This document shows, piece after piece, positions 52,241-64,000 of a stretch of 64,000 nucleotides of DNA (its first letter is position 1; every line of letters starts with the position of its first letter). Below the pieces are notes generated by a model. The model saw nothing but the letters and a program-made list of their open reading frames with translations. It did no database searches and was not told where the DNA came from. A program made the translations under genes and the position numbers. This stretch comes from Octopus vulgaris (Eukaryota). The stretch covers positions 17,856,001-17,920,000 of the forward strand of contig OX597816.1 of NCBI GenBank assembly GCA_951406725.2. The letters run 5' to 3'.

Positions 52241-52904
52241 ATAGCACCAATGGCAATAGAGATTAAATATAATATATTTCAACAAACACAAAATGCAGAA
52301 AACAAAATGATGGATATTTCGTCATACAAGCCTAACTACCTTGCACGTAATAAATGCATCGACGATAATTTGATTAACGTTAAAGCGAGCTTAAACTGTG
52401 AATCTAAATGGTCGCAGCTATTTGAGTGCAAAGGAATCCTTACACAAACGCATCCGCTTCGAGCATTCAGGATGTTAGTCAGTAGCGCAACATTGCCCAC
52501 GCAGTTTACACTTTGTCTCTAGCTTGTAAACTATATAGCCTTTAATACATACACACACACACACATATACAGAGAGAGAGAGTGAGAGAGAGAAATAATA
52601 CATATATGAATTATATATATTATATATAAATGTGCGTGTGTGTGTGTGCTTGTGTACATTAAAGCTATTATTAGTAATACCAATATATTTACTGATAGGG
52701 TGACTCAGTACAGAGAGTAGAGCCAAATTTATTAAGACCTATTTCACATGAACTTTAGTTTACACACACACACACACACAAAGACTATACGTATCACTTA
52801 TACACATTCATACATATATACTTTATATATATATGTAATGCATATATATATGTATATATAGGTATATATGTGTGTATATATATAGTTATGTATATATATG
52901 TATA

Positions 52905-53008
<104 letters not shown>

Positions 53009-53019
53009 AATGTAGTAAA

Positions 53020-53190
53020 TAAATAAAACGAAAAAAAACAACAATGTGAGCACGTGGTAGATGTAAAGTTTTAGCAGACGCTCAGGGAAGGAGAGAAAGA
53101 TGGTTTAACGTTTCGAGCAGAGCTCTTCTTCAAAAACAGAGGAAAGTCCATTAGGAAAGGAAGAACGAGGAAGAAAATCGCCAACAATTC
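53020..53190 (-). mobile_element. Family H1 repeat with an HHR motif at 53103-53137
   Basis: Minus strand GTTT-TTGAAGA(A)-GAGC TCT GCTC-GAAACGTT-AAAC. Confidence 0.68.
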
Positions 53191-53441
53191 ACACTCACAC
53201 ACACACACATACACACACACACACACATATATATATATGCTAATATCATCGATTATGTTAATTCACAATTCTTTAATCTGTAACTGGTTTGATAAATGTC
53301 AATGTGCGAAACTTTTGGCCCTTGAATGACTCTATTGCTCCTGCTAAATGTTAATAAGAATATTCACATACTCATTTATTCAATTCTAGTTTTCCTGTTT
53401 TTATCACCAAGCCTGTATATGTATCTGTAAATATATAAATG

Positions 53442-53507
<66 letters not shown>

Positions 53508-53625
53508 GCCGGAGCGAAGTGCTACATTACATTCTCGCCGAAGAGTATGTATCGTAGCTATTCACTACATTTGAAGCTCCGAGTACTATAATGACAATCT
53601 ATTACTGTTCGTTCGAAATCATAAC

Positions 53626-53656
<31 letters not shown>

Positions 53657-53691
53657 ATGAAAGAATGGAGTTGAACGACGAATTAACAAAA

Positions 53692-53790
53692 TTCCTTTAT
53701 TCTCGACATATGTTTCGAAGGCTGCATATTTATAATTTCGAAGGAATACGGGGTGCATTATGCCGCCTTCTCATCAGGAAAAACAAGGAA
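53692..53790 (-). ncRNA. Intact type I hammerhead ribozyme motif
   Basis: Minus strand TTCCTTGTTTTTC-CTGATGA-GAAGGC gGCATA...TATGCa GCCTTC-GAAAC-ATAT-GTC-GAGAATAAAGGAA. It has a full consensus core, a 6+5 bp stem II, palindromic stem III ACATATGT, a GUC triplet and an interrupted stem I. Confidence 0.85.
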
Positions 53791-53919
53791 CCTATGTCAG
53801 CATCAAGATGCACAAAAAAACTTTTAAATGACTGCCTACACAGAGCCCATAGCGATAATGGGTTAACCGAATTATCGGTTAACCGAATTATCCATAATAA
53901 GATAATTCATTCAACTACT

Positions 53920-53973
<54 letters not shown>

Positions 53974-54469
53974 AACATACATACATGTATGTATGTATGT
54001 ACGTACGTGTATATGTACATATCCATGTAAAGTGATATCACAGGAAACATAAGACAATATTCTAATCCACGCATCGGTATTTAGCTTTTAGCTTCAATTC
54101 CCTGCGTTCTGTATCTGATGCATATTTTAAATTCATTTTCGGAGAAAATGAGGATCATTTAGGAGACAAGAAGAAGTTATTAATTTTGAAGTAACAAAAT
54201 TTGGAGACAAATTTACGCTGAGTTTTTTTCATTGTAACAAAAGTTATAAATTGAAATGTCGCCTAGTTTCCATCTCAAATAATAGTGCACACAACTATGC
54301 ATGTATGCGTAAATGCACGTGTGCATGCACACACAGACACAAACACATGCACAGAGACAAAGAGAGAGAGAGAGAAAGAGAGTGAGAGAGAGAAAGAGTG
54401 AGGATACAATGGTAGAATGATTAATATATACGCATATTTATGTCTATATATATATCTATATACATATAT

Positions 54470-54514
<45 letters not shown>

Positions 54515-54537
54515 TATTCTATACATTCCCACTTCCT

Positions 54538-54575
<38 letters not shown>

Positions 54576-54612
54576 CATCTATCTCTATATATATATACTT
54601 GTATATATATAT

Positions 54613-54949
54613 ATATATAAAAAAGGAAATGAAGAAAATGCTGACAAATAATTGAAGTAATTTAAGTAATTTAATTAGGTGAAAGTTCTTTTTACCGGTT
54701 GCGCATTTGTTATGCTTATCAAAATATAAAAGAGAGATTAGAGTCTGTCTCTTATATGTGAAAAAAAGAGGCTCCAAAACAACTCTGGAGCCTCTTTTTT
54801 TCACATATAAGAGACAGACTCTAATCTCTCTTTTATATTTTGATAAGCATAACAAATGCGCAACCGGTAAAAAGAACTTTCACCTAATTAAATTACTTAA
54901 ATTACTTCAATTATTTGTCAGCATTTTCTTCATTTCCTTTTTTATATAT
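54613..54949. repeat. Perfect 164-bp-arm palindrome with a 9-nt spacer (family H2)
   Basis: 54613-54776 is the reverse complement of 54786-54949, with spacer AAACAACTC. No mismatch was found by eye. Confidence 0.93.
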
Positions 54950-54978
54950 CACCACTCGTGTTCGACATCTCCTTTTTT

Positions 54979-55029
<51 letters not shown>

Positions 55030-55157
55030 TTATATATACAATCATATTCTCTCTCTCTCTCACACACACGCATATACATTAAGTGTGTGGGCTTACAAGT
55101 CATGCACCAAACATTTGACATTTTGTTTATATGTCATTATTATCAAGGCGGCGTTAT

Positions 55158-55775
55158 GGCGGTGAGCTGGCAGAAACGTTAGCACGTCGCGCGGAATTCG
55201 TAGCTGTATTTCTGAGTTCAAATTCCGCCGAGGTCGACTTTGCCTTTCATCCTTTCGGGGTCGATTAAATAAGTACCTATTTCTTTACTACCCACAAGGG
55301 GCTAAACACAGAGGGGACAAACAAGGACACACAAACGGATTAAGTCGATTACATCGACCCCAGGGCGTAACTGGTACTTAATTTATCGACCCCGAAAAGA
55401 TGAAAGGCAAAGTCGACCCCGGCGGAATTTGAACTCACACCGTAACGCAGACGAAATACCGCTAAGCATTTCGCCCGGCGTGCTAACGTTTCTGCCAGTT
55501 CGCCGCCTTAAATAAGTACCTGTTACGCACTGGGGTCGATATAATCAGTTTGTCTGTCTCTATTTGTCCTCTCTGTGTTTAACCCCTTGTGGGTAGTAAA
55601 GAAATAGGTATTTCGTTTGTCTTTACGTTCTGAATTCAAATTCCGCCGAGGTCGAATTTACCTTTTATCTCTTCGTTGTTGATGAATTAAGTACCAGTGA
55701 AACACTGAGGTCGATATAATGAATTAGTCTTCTTCCACCTTGATTTCAGGCCTTGTGCCTGTAGTAGACAAGATT
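55158..55775 (+). mobile_element. SINE family A dimer with an antisense full-length family A copy (55279-55507) nested inside it
   Basis: A 14-bp direct repeat TTAAATAAGTACCT at 55265-55278 and 55508-55521 flanks the inverted copy. Confidence 0.9.
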
Positions 55776-56019
55776 ATTATCACCATTATTCGTTTTATTG
55801 ATCATGTGTATTTTCTTTATTTTATCTAGTTTATTCAACTTTAGTAAAATTAAAGCCCGTCTTTGACAATTCTGAGCGTATTGAACTTCTTTTGTGCGTG
55901 ACTTTTGGCTCATCCTGTGCATGTGTGACATTTTTGTTTCTCACCCATCCTCACTTCCCCTGACTGTTGGCTGAAAATATCGATTCAGTAGATATTGAAC
56001 GCTGTGAAACGAAATTAAA

Positions 56020-56240
56020 TGTTGGTTGCAAATGTTGGCACAGGGTCAAGAATTTTTTGGGTGATGATTAATCGATTACATTAAGCCAAGTGTTAAAGTA
56101 GTACTTAGTTTATCAATCCTGAAAGGATGAAAGGTAAATTCGGCTTCGGCGGAATTTGAACTCAGGACGCGAAGACGGACGAAATGCCTCTAAGCATTTT
56201 GCCCGACGTGTTAACGATTCGGCTATCTCACCTTCCTAAC
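56020..56240 (-). mobile_element. SINE family A copy
   Basis: GAAAGGATGAAAGGTAAA..CGGCGGAATTTGAACTCAG. Confidence 0.82.
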
Positions 56241-56549
56241 GAAACTAAATATTAAATACTGCTTCGGTATTTACTGCAATGTTTTATATATCATGTAGAA
56301 ATGTGTTTGTCGATGATTTAAACATATATACACTATCCCTTTCATGGCTGTTGTTTGGAATCTGAAAAGAAATCAATAATGCTTTTGAAAATTTTATTAT
56401 TCAAGAAGACATTGCCTTAACTATAAAAAATTATTTTAATATTTTAATTTTGATATGTGCAAAACTGATTTTTTTTTCTTTTGGTTTAATAAAAATATTA
56501 CATTATTTATATGAATATGAGCTTGACACGATTTGATGTTAATAGATAT

Positions 56550-57450
56550 AAAAAAGGTTAAGATACATGTATTTGCTATTGTTCAAAGTATTCTCTTCAA
56601 GAGCTATTGAAAGCGTATGTGCTTTGAATAATGCTAGGTGCACCACTATACAATCTGCAATCGTTTTAAGTTGGGTAACAATGCATTTTATTTCTTAAAT
56701 TCTAAATCAAAAATAAAACTATATTTAAAGTACCGATGTATTTCTTTGATGACTAATGCCAGTGTCTAACATATTGATTTTTTTTTTCCTAAAATAGTCT
56801 ACTTTACTTAATATTTTGAACATTGTTGAATATCATTACTTTCTCGACTGTCACATATCGATTAAGCAATGTTGGTTTTGTGTAAATACAATATTTGTAA
56901 AATAAATAATCACTGATGAGGATATCCTTTCTTAAATGCAATGAAAAAATGTGCAAGCAAACATCTTTTAGGAAGAAATACCGAACCTATTTTTTTCCTG
57001 TAATCATAAAAGGTCGTTCTGTATTTACATTTCACTCTGTATTCATTTTGCAAGCTGGAATTGTGACAGCAAGCTATATTCATTAGAAATATTCACCAAT
57101 CTTTACTTTCTCTGCCTCAAGATTCATATGCTTATCGTTGCAGAGAAAAAGAAATTCCACTTTATTGATTTTTTTGTTTGAATTCTTCTCTGATCATTCA
57201 GTGTTTTGCAAAGACTTAGTTTACGTCAACTATATTCACTGTGATGAAAAATCTTTCCAGTCTGCCTCTTTCAAGCTGTCAAAATATATGGTTGTATTAA
57301 TCGTATTCAAATCTACTCGCTCTCATTTCACTTTTGAGGTCTCAAAGTAGGGCATTGTGCTTCGATTATATTATTAAAGCTGATAGTAACCCAAGTGAAA
57401 AGAAAGAAACCAATCTGAGATCATACGCTACTTATCTTTTCAGTATTTGG
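56550..57450 (-). pseudogene. Possible very old hAT (Buster/Charlie-like) transposase remnant
   Basis: Minus-strand SIALEENT resembles the FSIALDESTD motif, and upstream RPF..G resembles KPF..GE. There are many stops and frameshifts. Confidence 0.3.
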
Positions 57451-58343
57451 TATATAACTATCTACCAGTTTCGTATATCAAACTATTCCACGCTTTGGTG
57501 CAGAGAGATATTTCTTTCTTATATATTTTAACTCCACAAGTGAAGTGGAAATTAAATATTGATTGCTGTTATTTATCGTAATGATGTATCATTATAATAT
57601 CTATGAAGAAATATATATTGTTATATCTTACACACTGCTGACTATATCTGAATATGAATCTACTTTTTCTCAGCTTATATATCCAAATATTTTTTTCTTT
57701 TTTTTTTAAACAACAAATCTTATCGAAAAAAAGAAGGAAGCAAAAAATAATAACACTTCACAGATTTCGTCGGTGAATAGTTTCAATCCATTTTGTATGC
57801 TACTGCTTACATGGTACCCTACTATGAAATAATACAAATATATTCAGTGTTTTCGGCAATAAAACTATATCTATCACTTAAAGTCAATAAATCATACGTA
57901 GATAGAGATATTTATACAGAAGCATGCATACACACCATCTGAACATATAATATGTATACACACATTCACATACGTTTTCTCTATTCCATGACGTATTGCA
58001 GAATAATTTCTATAGTTTTCACCCTCCTTGTTCTACACACGCATATTCTATCATACATATGCCTACACACAAATAGAAATATATGAGGATCATTCCACAA
58101 CCGATGCGGGATTCTTGTAAGACTATTCTGAGATTTCGGCTGCAATTTCATACTGTTGTTATCGGAAATCCAATATTGAAAGACTGTAAGAAAGTGAAAT
58201 AATTCGTATTTTCGGTTGGACTCGAAGTATATAAAGCTAAAAGAGAATTTAAATATTAGGCTAAAACGCCGTTCAGCATACAGAAGCCGAAGGCTACCAT
58301 GGGATACCTTTTTTCATACATACGTACATTCTCCCCCACATAT

Positions 58344-58463
<120 letters not shown>

Positions 58464-58617
58464 CATATAAATTTATAAATAAGGGCAAACGAAAAAATTT
58501 CTAACGCCAAATATGCCGAAAATTGGACATATTGTCCATTTACCATATAATTTTTTTCCCAGTACGCACGCTACACGAAAAAAGGCCGAGAGAAATCTCT
58601 AAAAAAATTCCATTATT

Positions 58618-58676
58618 AACATATCGGACCGATTTCAGGTTTAGTTCAAAAAGAACCCTCCCTTCGTCAGTGATAC
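58618..58676 (-). ncRNA. Type I hammerhead ribozyme motif
   Basis: Minus strand GTATCA-CTGACGA-AGG..GTTC ttttt GAAC..CCT-GAAA-TCGG t CCGA-TA-TGTTA. Cores are intact, stem III is ATCGG/CCGAT, the triplet is AUA, and stem I has one mismatch. Confidence 0.7.
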
Positions 58677-58820
58677 ATGGGGCAAAGAAGTAAATGAGAT
58701 AATTACTCATACCCATGGAAGAAGCAAACACTAAGTCATGACCACAACTAAGTACCCCAAATAAATCCAAAGTAGAAATACTCCAGCCCATTCAAGACAC
58801 GTGCGATTTGAACTGAGGCA

Positions 58821-58897
<77 letters not shown>

Positions 58898-58979
58898 CAT
58901 ACATGTATATATATATGAGAATGTTTTTTCTCTCCTTTTTTTCTCTTGTTTCTCTCCTTGTTTTTTTTCTGTGTCCCGT

Positions 58980-59608
58980 TCTGTCAGCAGTGATTTGCGT
59001 TGGACAAAGCATATCTCTAAAATTGTCAAGAAGGCCGAGGGTGTCTTGGCATCACTCAGCAAGACTTTTGTTAGCCGCTCTCCATCCATCTATTTAAAAC
59101 TGTATACAGCTATGGTACGACCACACTTGGAATTCGCATCATCAGTTTGGAACCCCTATCTTGCTCAGAACATTGACCTCCTGGAATCTGTCCAGAGACG
59201 TGCAACCAAACGCATACCCTCCATCAGACACCTACCATATTCTGAGCGCCTTGTTTCCCTGGGCATGGATTCACTGAAGCTCCGGCGTCTGGCGACGGAC
59301 TTGGTAAACACCCACAAAGTTATCAACCACCTCACCAACAACAACACTGAACACCTTTTTGATCTCCATGTGTCTAACACACGTGGACATGCCTACAAAG
59401 TCAGAAAACAACACAGCTCCCATGACTTTCGGAAACATTTTTTCACGCTCAGAGTTGCTGAAGCATGGAATAAACAGCCTGCGGCAGTTGTTGACTGTCA
59501 TGACACTGCATCCTTTAAGGCCCTCATGCTTTCCGAAATCCGCCGAAACTACACCTGATTATATATACACTTTAGATGAGTTGTAGTGCACCTGAGCACT
59601 GTACACAA
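58980..59608 (+). mobile_element. 5'-truncated CR1-clade LINE: open RT C-terminal ORF (to 59558), short 3' UTR, (ATT)n tail
   Basis: DLRWTKHI...LYTAMVRPHLEFASSVWNP...LESVQRRATK...YSERL..LGMDSL..RR...TRGH.YK...FFTLRVAEAWN. Confidence 0.92.
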
Positions 59609-59623
59609 TTATTATTATTATTA

Positions 59624-59706
<83 letters not shown>

Positions 59707-60221
59707 GAGCGTAGGCTCAAAACGTAATAGACATTTTCTATTCCTGAGCGTTATACTAATACATCTGTTTGTTTTGTACACCACCTGTCTTCGTCTTTTG
59801 TTTTTTTCGTGAACTCCTCCCCTATATATATATGAGAATATATATATATATGCACGGACGCATATGCAAACCTATACATACACTGAAAAGTATTTATATA
59901 TATGTATGCATGTCATATTCTCAAGTGTATGTACATTTTTGCCATGCAAGGATCTCATAATTCTCTTATTATAACTACCACCCTCATAAGCCTAACAGAA
60001 CAGTCTTAAGCTTAAGGTCTGTATTGTTGAAATGTCTACTTTGCAGTTTTGAATTGGTCAGATTGAAATTACATTCGTTAGAAATTAATTAATATCATCT
60101 GTAATGTGCAAATCGGTACTGACACTACATATTATTTGTTCTAATAAAATGATTCAATATTATTTTCACGTTTGTGCTCGTATATATCATCTAATTGTAG
60201 CCATAAAGCGCACCACCCATG

Positions 60222-60410
60222 AAGGACAGACAAACGGATTAAGTCGATTACATCGACCCCAGTGCGTAACTGGTACTTATTTATTCATCACCGAAAGGAT
60301 GAAAGGCAAAGTCGACCTCAGAGGAATTTGAACACAGAACGTAAAGACAGACGAACTACAGCTAAACATTTCGCCTGGCGTGCTAACTTTTCTACCAGCT
60401 CGACGCCTTG
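60222..60410 (-). mobile_element. SINE family A copy
   Basis: AAGGACAGACAAACGGATTAAGTCG...CAGCTCGACGCCTT. Confidence 0.87.
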
Positions 60411-61047
60411 CCACACAAAATATTGAAGAAGGCATGGAAAATTTTATTCAGTTCAACTCAACCAAAACACATTACACATTCCAAGTAAAGAAAATTATAC
60501 CGGTGTTCATCTTTCAAAGTCTTGTGTGTCATGGGCATTCATTCGTTATATCTTTCTGAAAAATTTCCTACAGGGAATATTACGAAGTCGTTTTCTTTAA
60601 AATGCTTTAAACCACGTACAACTACATACATATATATATATTATTTTATTTGAAAGCAGCATTTGGAATCCATGTTTATTGAATAAGCTCCTGAAATGAA
60701 GTTTGTATATGGTCGAAACTATGAACATATTTATTTTGTGTGGTGAGTGGAAGTAATGTTTTAGGTTGAGTGAAACCGATTACTGCGAAAAAATCTAATT
60801 TTTACAGTTCCTTTTAAACCCAAATAAGAGTGCATACATACCCTATTAGCAATTTCAAGTAATCAGCAATGGTGGCAATAATAAATGATGACTATAAGCT
60901 TGACATAATTTCTATAAATCAATTTAATTTATATTTTAAAATGTATTTGAATAACGAGGTTGATTTCTTTGAGACCCTTATAAAATACTGTGAGAAAAAT
61001 TCTAAAAAAAGCTAATCAGAAACTAAAGTAATTTCTGTTAACGCTGA

Positions 61048-61050
<3 letters not shown>

Positions 61051-61084
<34 letters not shown>

Positions 61085-61188
61085 GCTACTACTACTACTA
61101 CTACTACTACCACTACCACCACCACCACCAACCCCACCACCACCACTACCCCCCACCACGACCACTACCCCCACCACGACCACTACCC

Positions 61189-61258
<70 letters not shown>
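61051..61258. repeat. (TAC)n/(CAC)n/(AAT)n compound trinucleotide tract
   Basis: Direct reading. Confidence 0.95.
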
Positions 61259-61260
<2 letters not shown>

Positions 61261-62353
61261 GATGCTCGTAACTTTTTATTTAAAACCAATTACTTGGTCG
61301 AAACATTCATTTCATTTAAAGAATCTCGTTTGTTTTCACAATTTCCCCCTTGCGAATATATTTCAGTTTACTGAAAGATCGACTTCACTATCTATTCCAA
61401 GCTATTCATGCATCTAATCATTTTTCAATTTATTACTTTCCAATGTCAAAGAAATTTTAAAATGTATCCCGATAAAGAGATCTGTAAATCAGATTTTGTA
61501 TCTTGAGCAAAGGCAATCTTTTATTCTAAGAGCACTTATTATCTGATTTATTTGATGAAAAAACCTTCATCTTGCTCATCAGTACAATCAGTAAAAAAAA
61601 TTCTATGTCGCAGCTTTGAGCAGAAAAAGAAAGGTGTACATTGCTGTAATTTTAAATGAAAAAAATACAAACAGAAACAAAAAGAAACTGTAACTAACTA
61701 CAGAAAAACGAAAACTTGTATCAGGAGATGTAAGAAAATTAAAAAGGTAAATAAAGCAATATTGCTTCTTTACAAAACTAGGTATTTTCTTACGTTTTCC
61801 TTCAATTAAAGAGAGGTGATGAAAAATGTATTACGACTTTTTAAACGAAGTGAAAAGCCATGAATTCTATCTACAGTGAAAGTTTTGTCAAATTGAGAAT
61901 TGTTATGGTGTTTAAATTATGATCATACAGATGCTGTCGCACGAGCCTCCATGTAGATTTACAAGCACATTCTTCGGTACACACATGCAAACACATATAT
62001 ACAAACATACACACAGGCAGACAGACAGATATTTATACACACACACAAACACACACATATATGTATATATGTATATATATAAATTTAAATTTAAAATAAT
62101 AAGGGTGAAAAATTGAATATTAATTTGATTAATATGAATTTAAAAGCAGTGGTCTACCATATTGAAAAACTTGTAGTTTTAGATTAAATTATATTACATA
62201 CATATAAGTTGCATGACCTGTAAGTGATCTTCCATTATGCTAGAAAAAGATCCGCCACGGTTTCACCACTAAGAAAGAAATGTTCTCAAGAAAATTTAGC
62301 AAACGCCAGAACATAAGCGAACAAGACAAATGAAAAGATACAAAATATAGATT

Positions 62354-62427
62354 AATCACAAACCAGGTTTCATCGTTAACCCTTACGTAATCATATAGGT
62401 AGTTATCCGCAACTCATCAGTATGATC
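62354..62427 (-). ncRNA. Type I hammerhead ribozyme motif
   Basis: Minus strand GATCATA-CTGATGA-GTTG...CGAT-GAAAC-CTG-GTT-TGTGATT. Cores are intact, stem I is 7 bp with GU pairs, stem III is the quasi-palindrome ACCTGGT, the triplet is GUU, and stem II is wobble-rich. Confidence 0.65.
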
Positions 62428-62544
62428 GTCTTTGCAAATATAATTTGCAGAATTATACACGAGTCGTACTTTCTTAACGGTTTCTTCTAGCATAATGAAT
62501 GTCCACTTACAGGTCATCCCTCTTATATGCATATATAAATAAAT

Positions 62545-62897
<353 letters not shown>

Positions 62898-63443
62898 TAG
62901 ATAAATAGATAGGTAGATATACTTTTTTCACTGTATAATTCGCAAATCTGTCTGAACAACCTATTAGATCTTCAGGACTACAAAGTCTTAAAGAACCACC
63001 TTCTCACTGTGATTGTTATTTATGTTCCAACTCTTGCATTCGATGAAGAAAACATTGATGCTCTCAGTGCACAGTTAACTTCCACGTTATGATCTACCTC
63101 ATGGAATTCTGAAATGGTAAATATACCTAGAAAAAGTGCGATTGGTATAATGTATTCTAGAAACTTGAATTGTTTGACAAAATCCAGTTTCAGCTGCCGG
63201 TATCGTGTTGGGGAAAGTAAGCACCGTCATTGATATTTCTGTGAACTAGGTTTCTCTTCAATTTTGAGAAAATTTATGGCTCCCGTTTTCGAGTTCTGCG
63301 GTGGAAAGAACCACGAATTATGGTTATATCATCAGAAGACATGATGTCGGTGAATGGAACGAAAACGAACCGAAACTTCTAATTCTTTGTGCGATATTTG
63401 AATTCCTTGTAACTGATTCTATATTCTATCAATTAGAAAAAAA

Positions 63444-63620
63444 GGCGTAGGAGTGGCTGTGTGATAAGTAGCTTGCTTACGAACCACGTGGTTCCGGGTT
63501 CAAAACTACTGCGTGGCACCTTGAGCAAGTGTCTTCTACAATAACCTCGGGCCGAGCAAAGCCTTGTGAATGGATGTGGTAGACGGAAACCGAAAGAAGC
63601 CCGTCGTATATATGTATATT

Positions 63621-63655
<35 letters not shown>

Positions 63656-63895
63656 ATGTTTGTGTGTCTGTGTTTTATGTGTGTGTGTGTATATGTTTTG
63701 TCTGTATTTGTCCTCCCAACATCGCTTGATAACCGATACTCGTGTGTTTACGTCCCCGTAACTTAGCGGTTAGGCAAAAGAAACCGATAGAATAAGTACT
63801 AGGCTTACAAAGAATAATTCCTGGGGTCGATTTGTTCGACTAAAGGCGGTGCTCCAGCATGGCCGCAGTCATATGACTGAAACAAGTAAAATAGT
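63444..63895 (+). mobile_element. SINE family B copy
   Basis: Matches the family from head to tail. Confidence 0.92.
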
Positions 63896-64000
63896 AGACA
63901 GAATAAGTGTTCTTATCACCTTCACAAAAACCTAGAGCAGCTGACCATACAATAAATTGTTGCTTCTGTCGTGACCATGTGTCCAAAGAAGTTGCCTTGA

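Noticed and set aside
62950-63430. Possible Tc1-like DDE remnant on the minus strand
   Set aside because: Faint similarity only, with no catalytic motif or correctly oriented TIR.

Overview
AT-rich, microsatellite-saturated eukaryotic DNA. The tRNA-derived SINE families and Penelope-type remnants look like an octopus/coleoid cephalopod genome, which is an inference from recognition, not a database result. No host protein-coding exon could be supported, and almost all ORFs in the track are translated microsatellites or antisense SINE/LINE frames. Real coding content is transposon-derived. (i) A full-length-looking ~4.0 kb R4/Dong-type non-LTR retrotransposon (43871-47848, minus strand; Myb-like + RT + CCHC + restriction-like endonuclease) lies between (TAA)n-type repeats, and its single ~1229-codon ORF is broken by one in-frame TAA. 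(ii) There are decayed Dong-like, CR1-group, Tc1/mariner and hAT fragments. Non-coding content includes about 30 SINE copies from at least 4 families, Helitron/Helentron-like and TIR-bearing non-autonomous elements, and several large palindromes. The most striking hidden layer is a swarm of about 17 type I hammerhead-ribozyme (HHR) motifs from several unrelated short families. They have the minimal, palindromic stem III typical of Penelope-like elements, mostly sit in islands bounded by (TA)n, and are often arranged as inverted pairs. One is textbook-intact (53692-53790) and one five-copy family carries a variant core (UUGAUAA...GCAA). All structures were read by eye, and coordinates of decayed elements are approximate.
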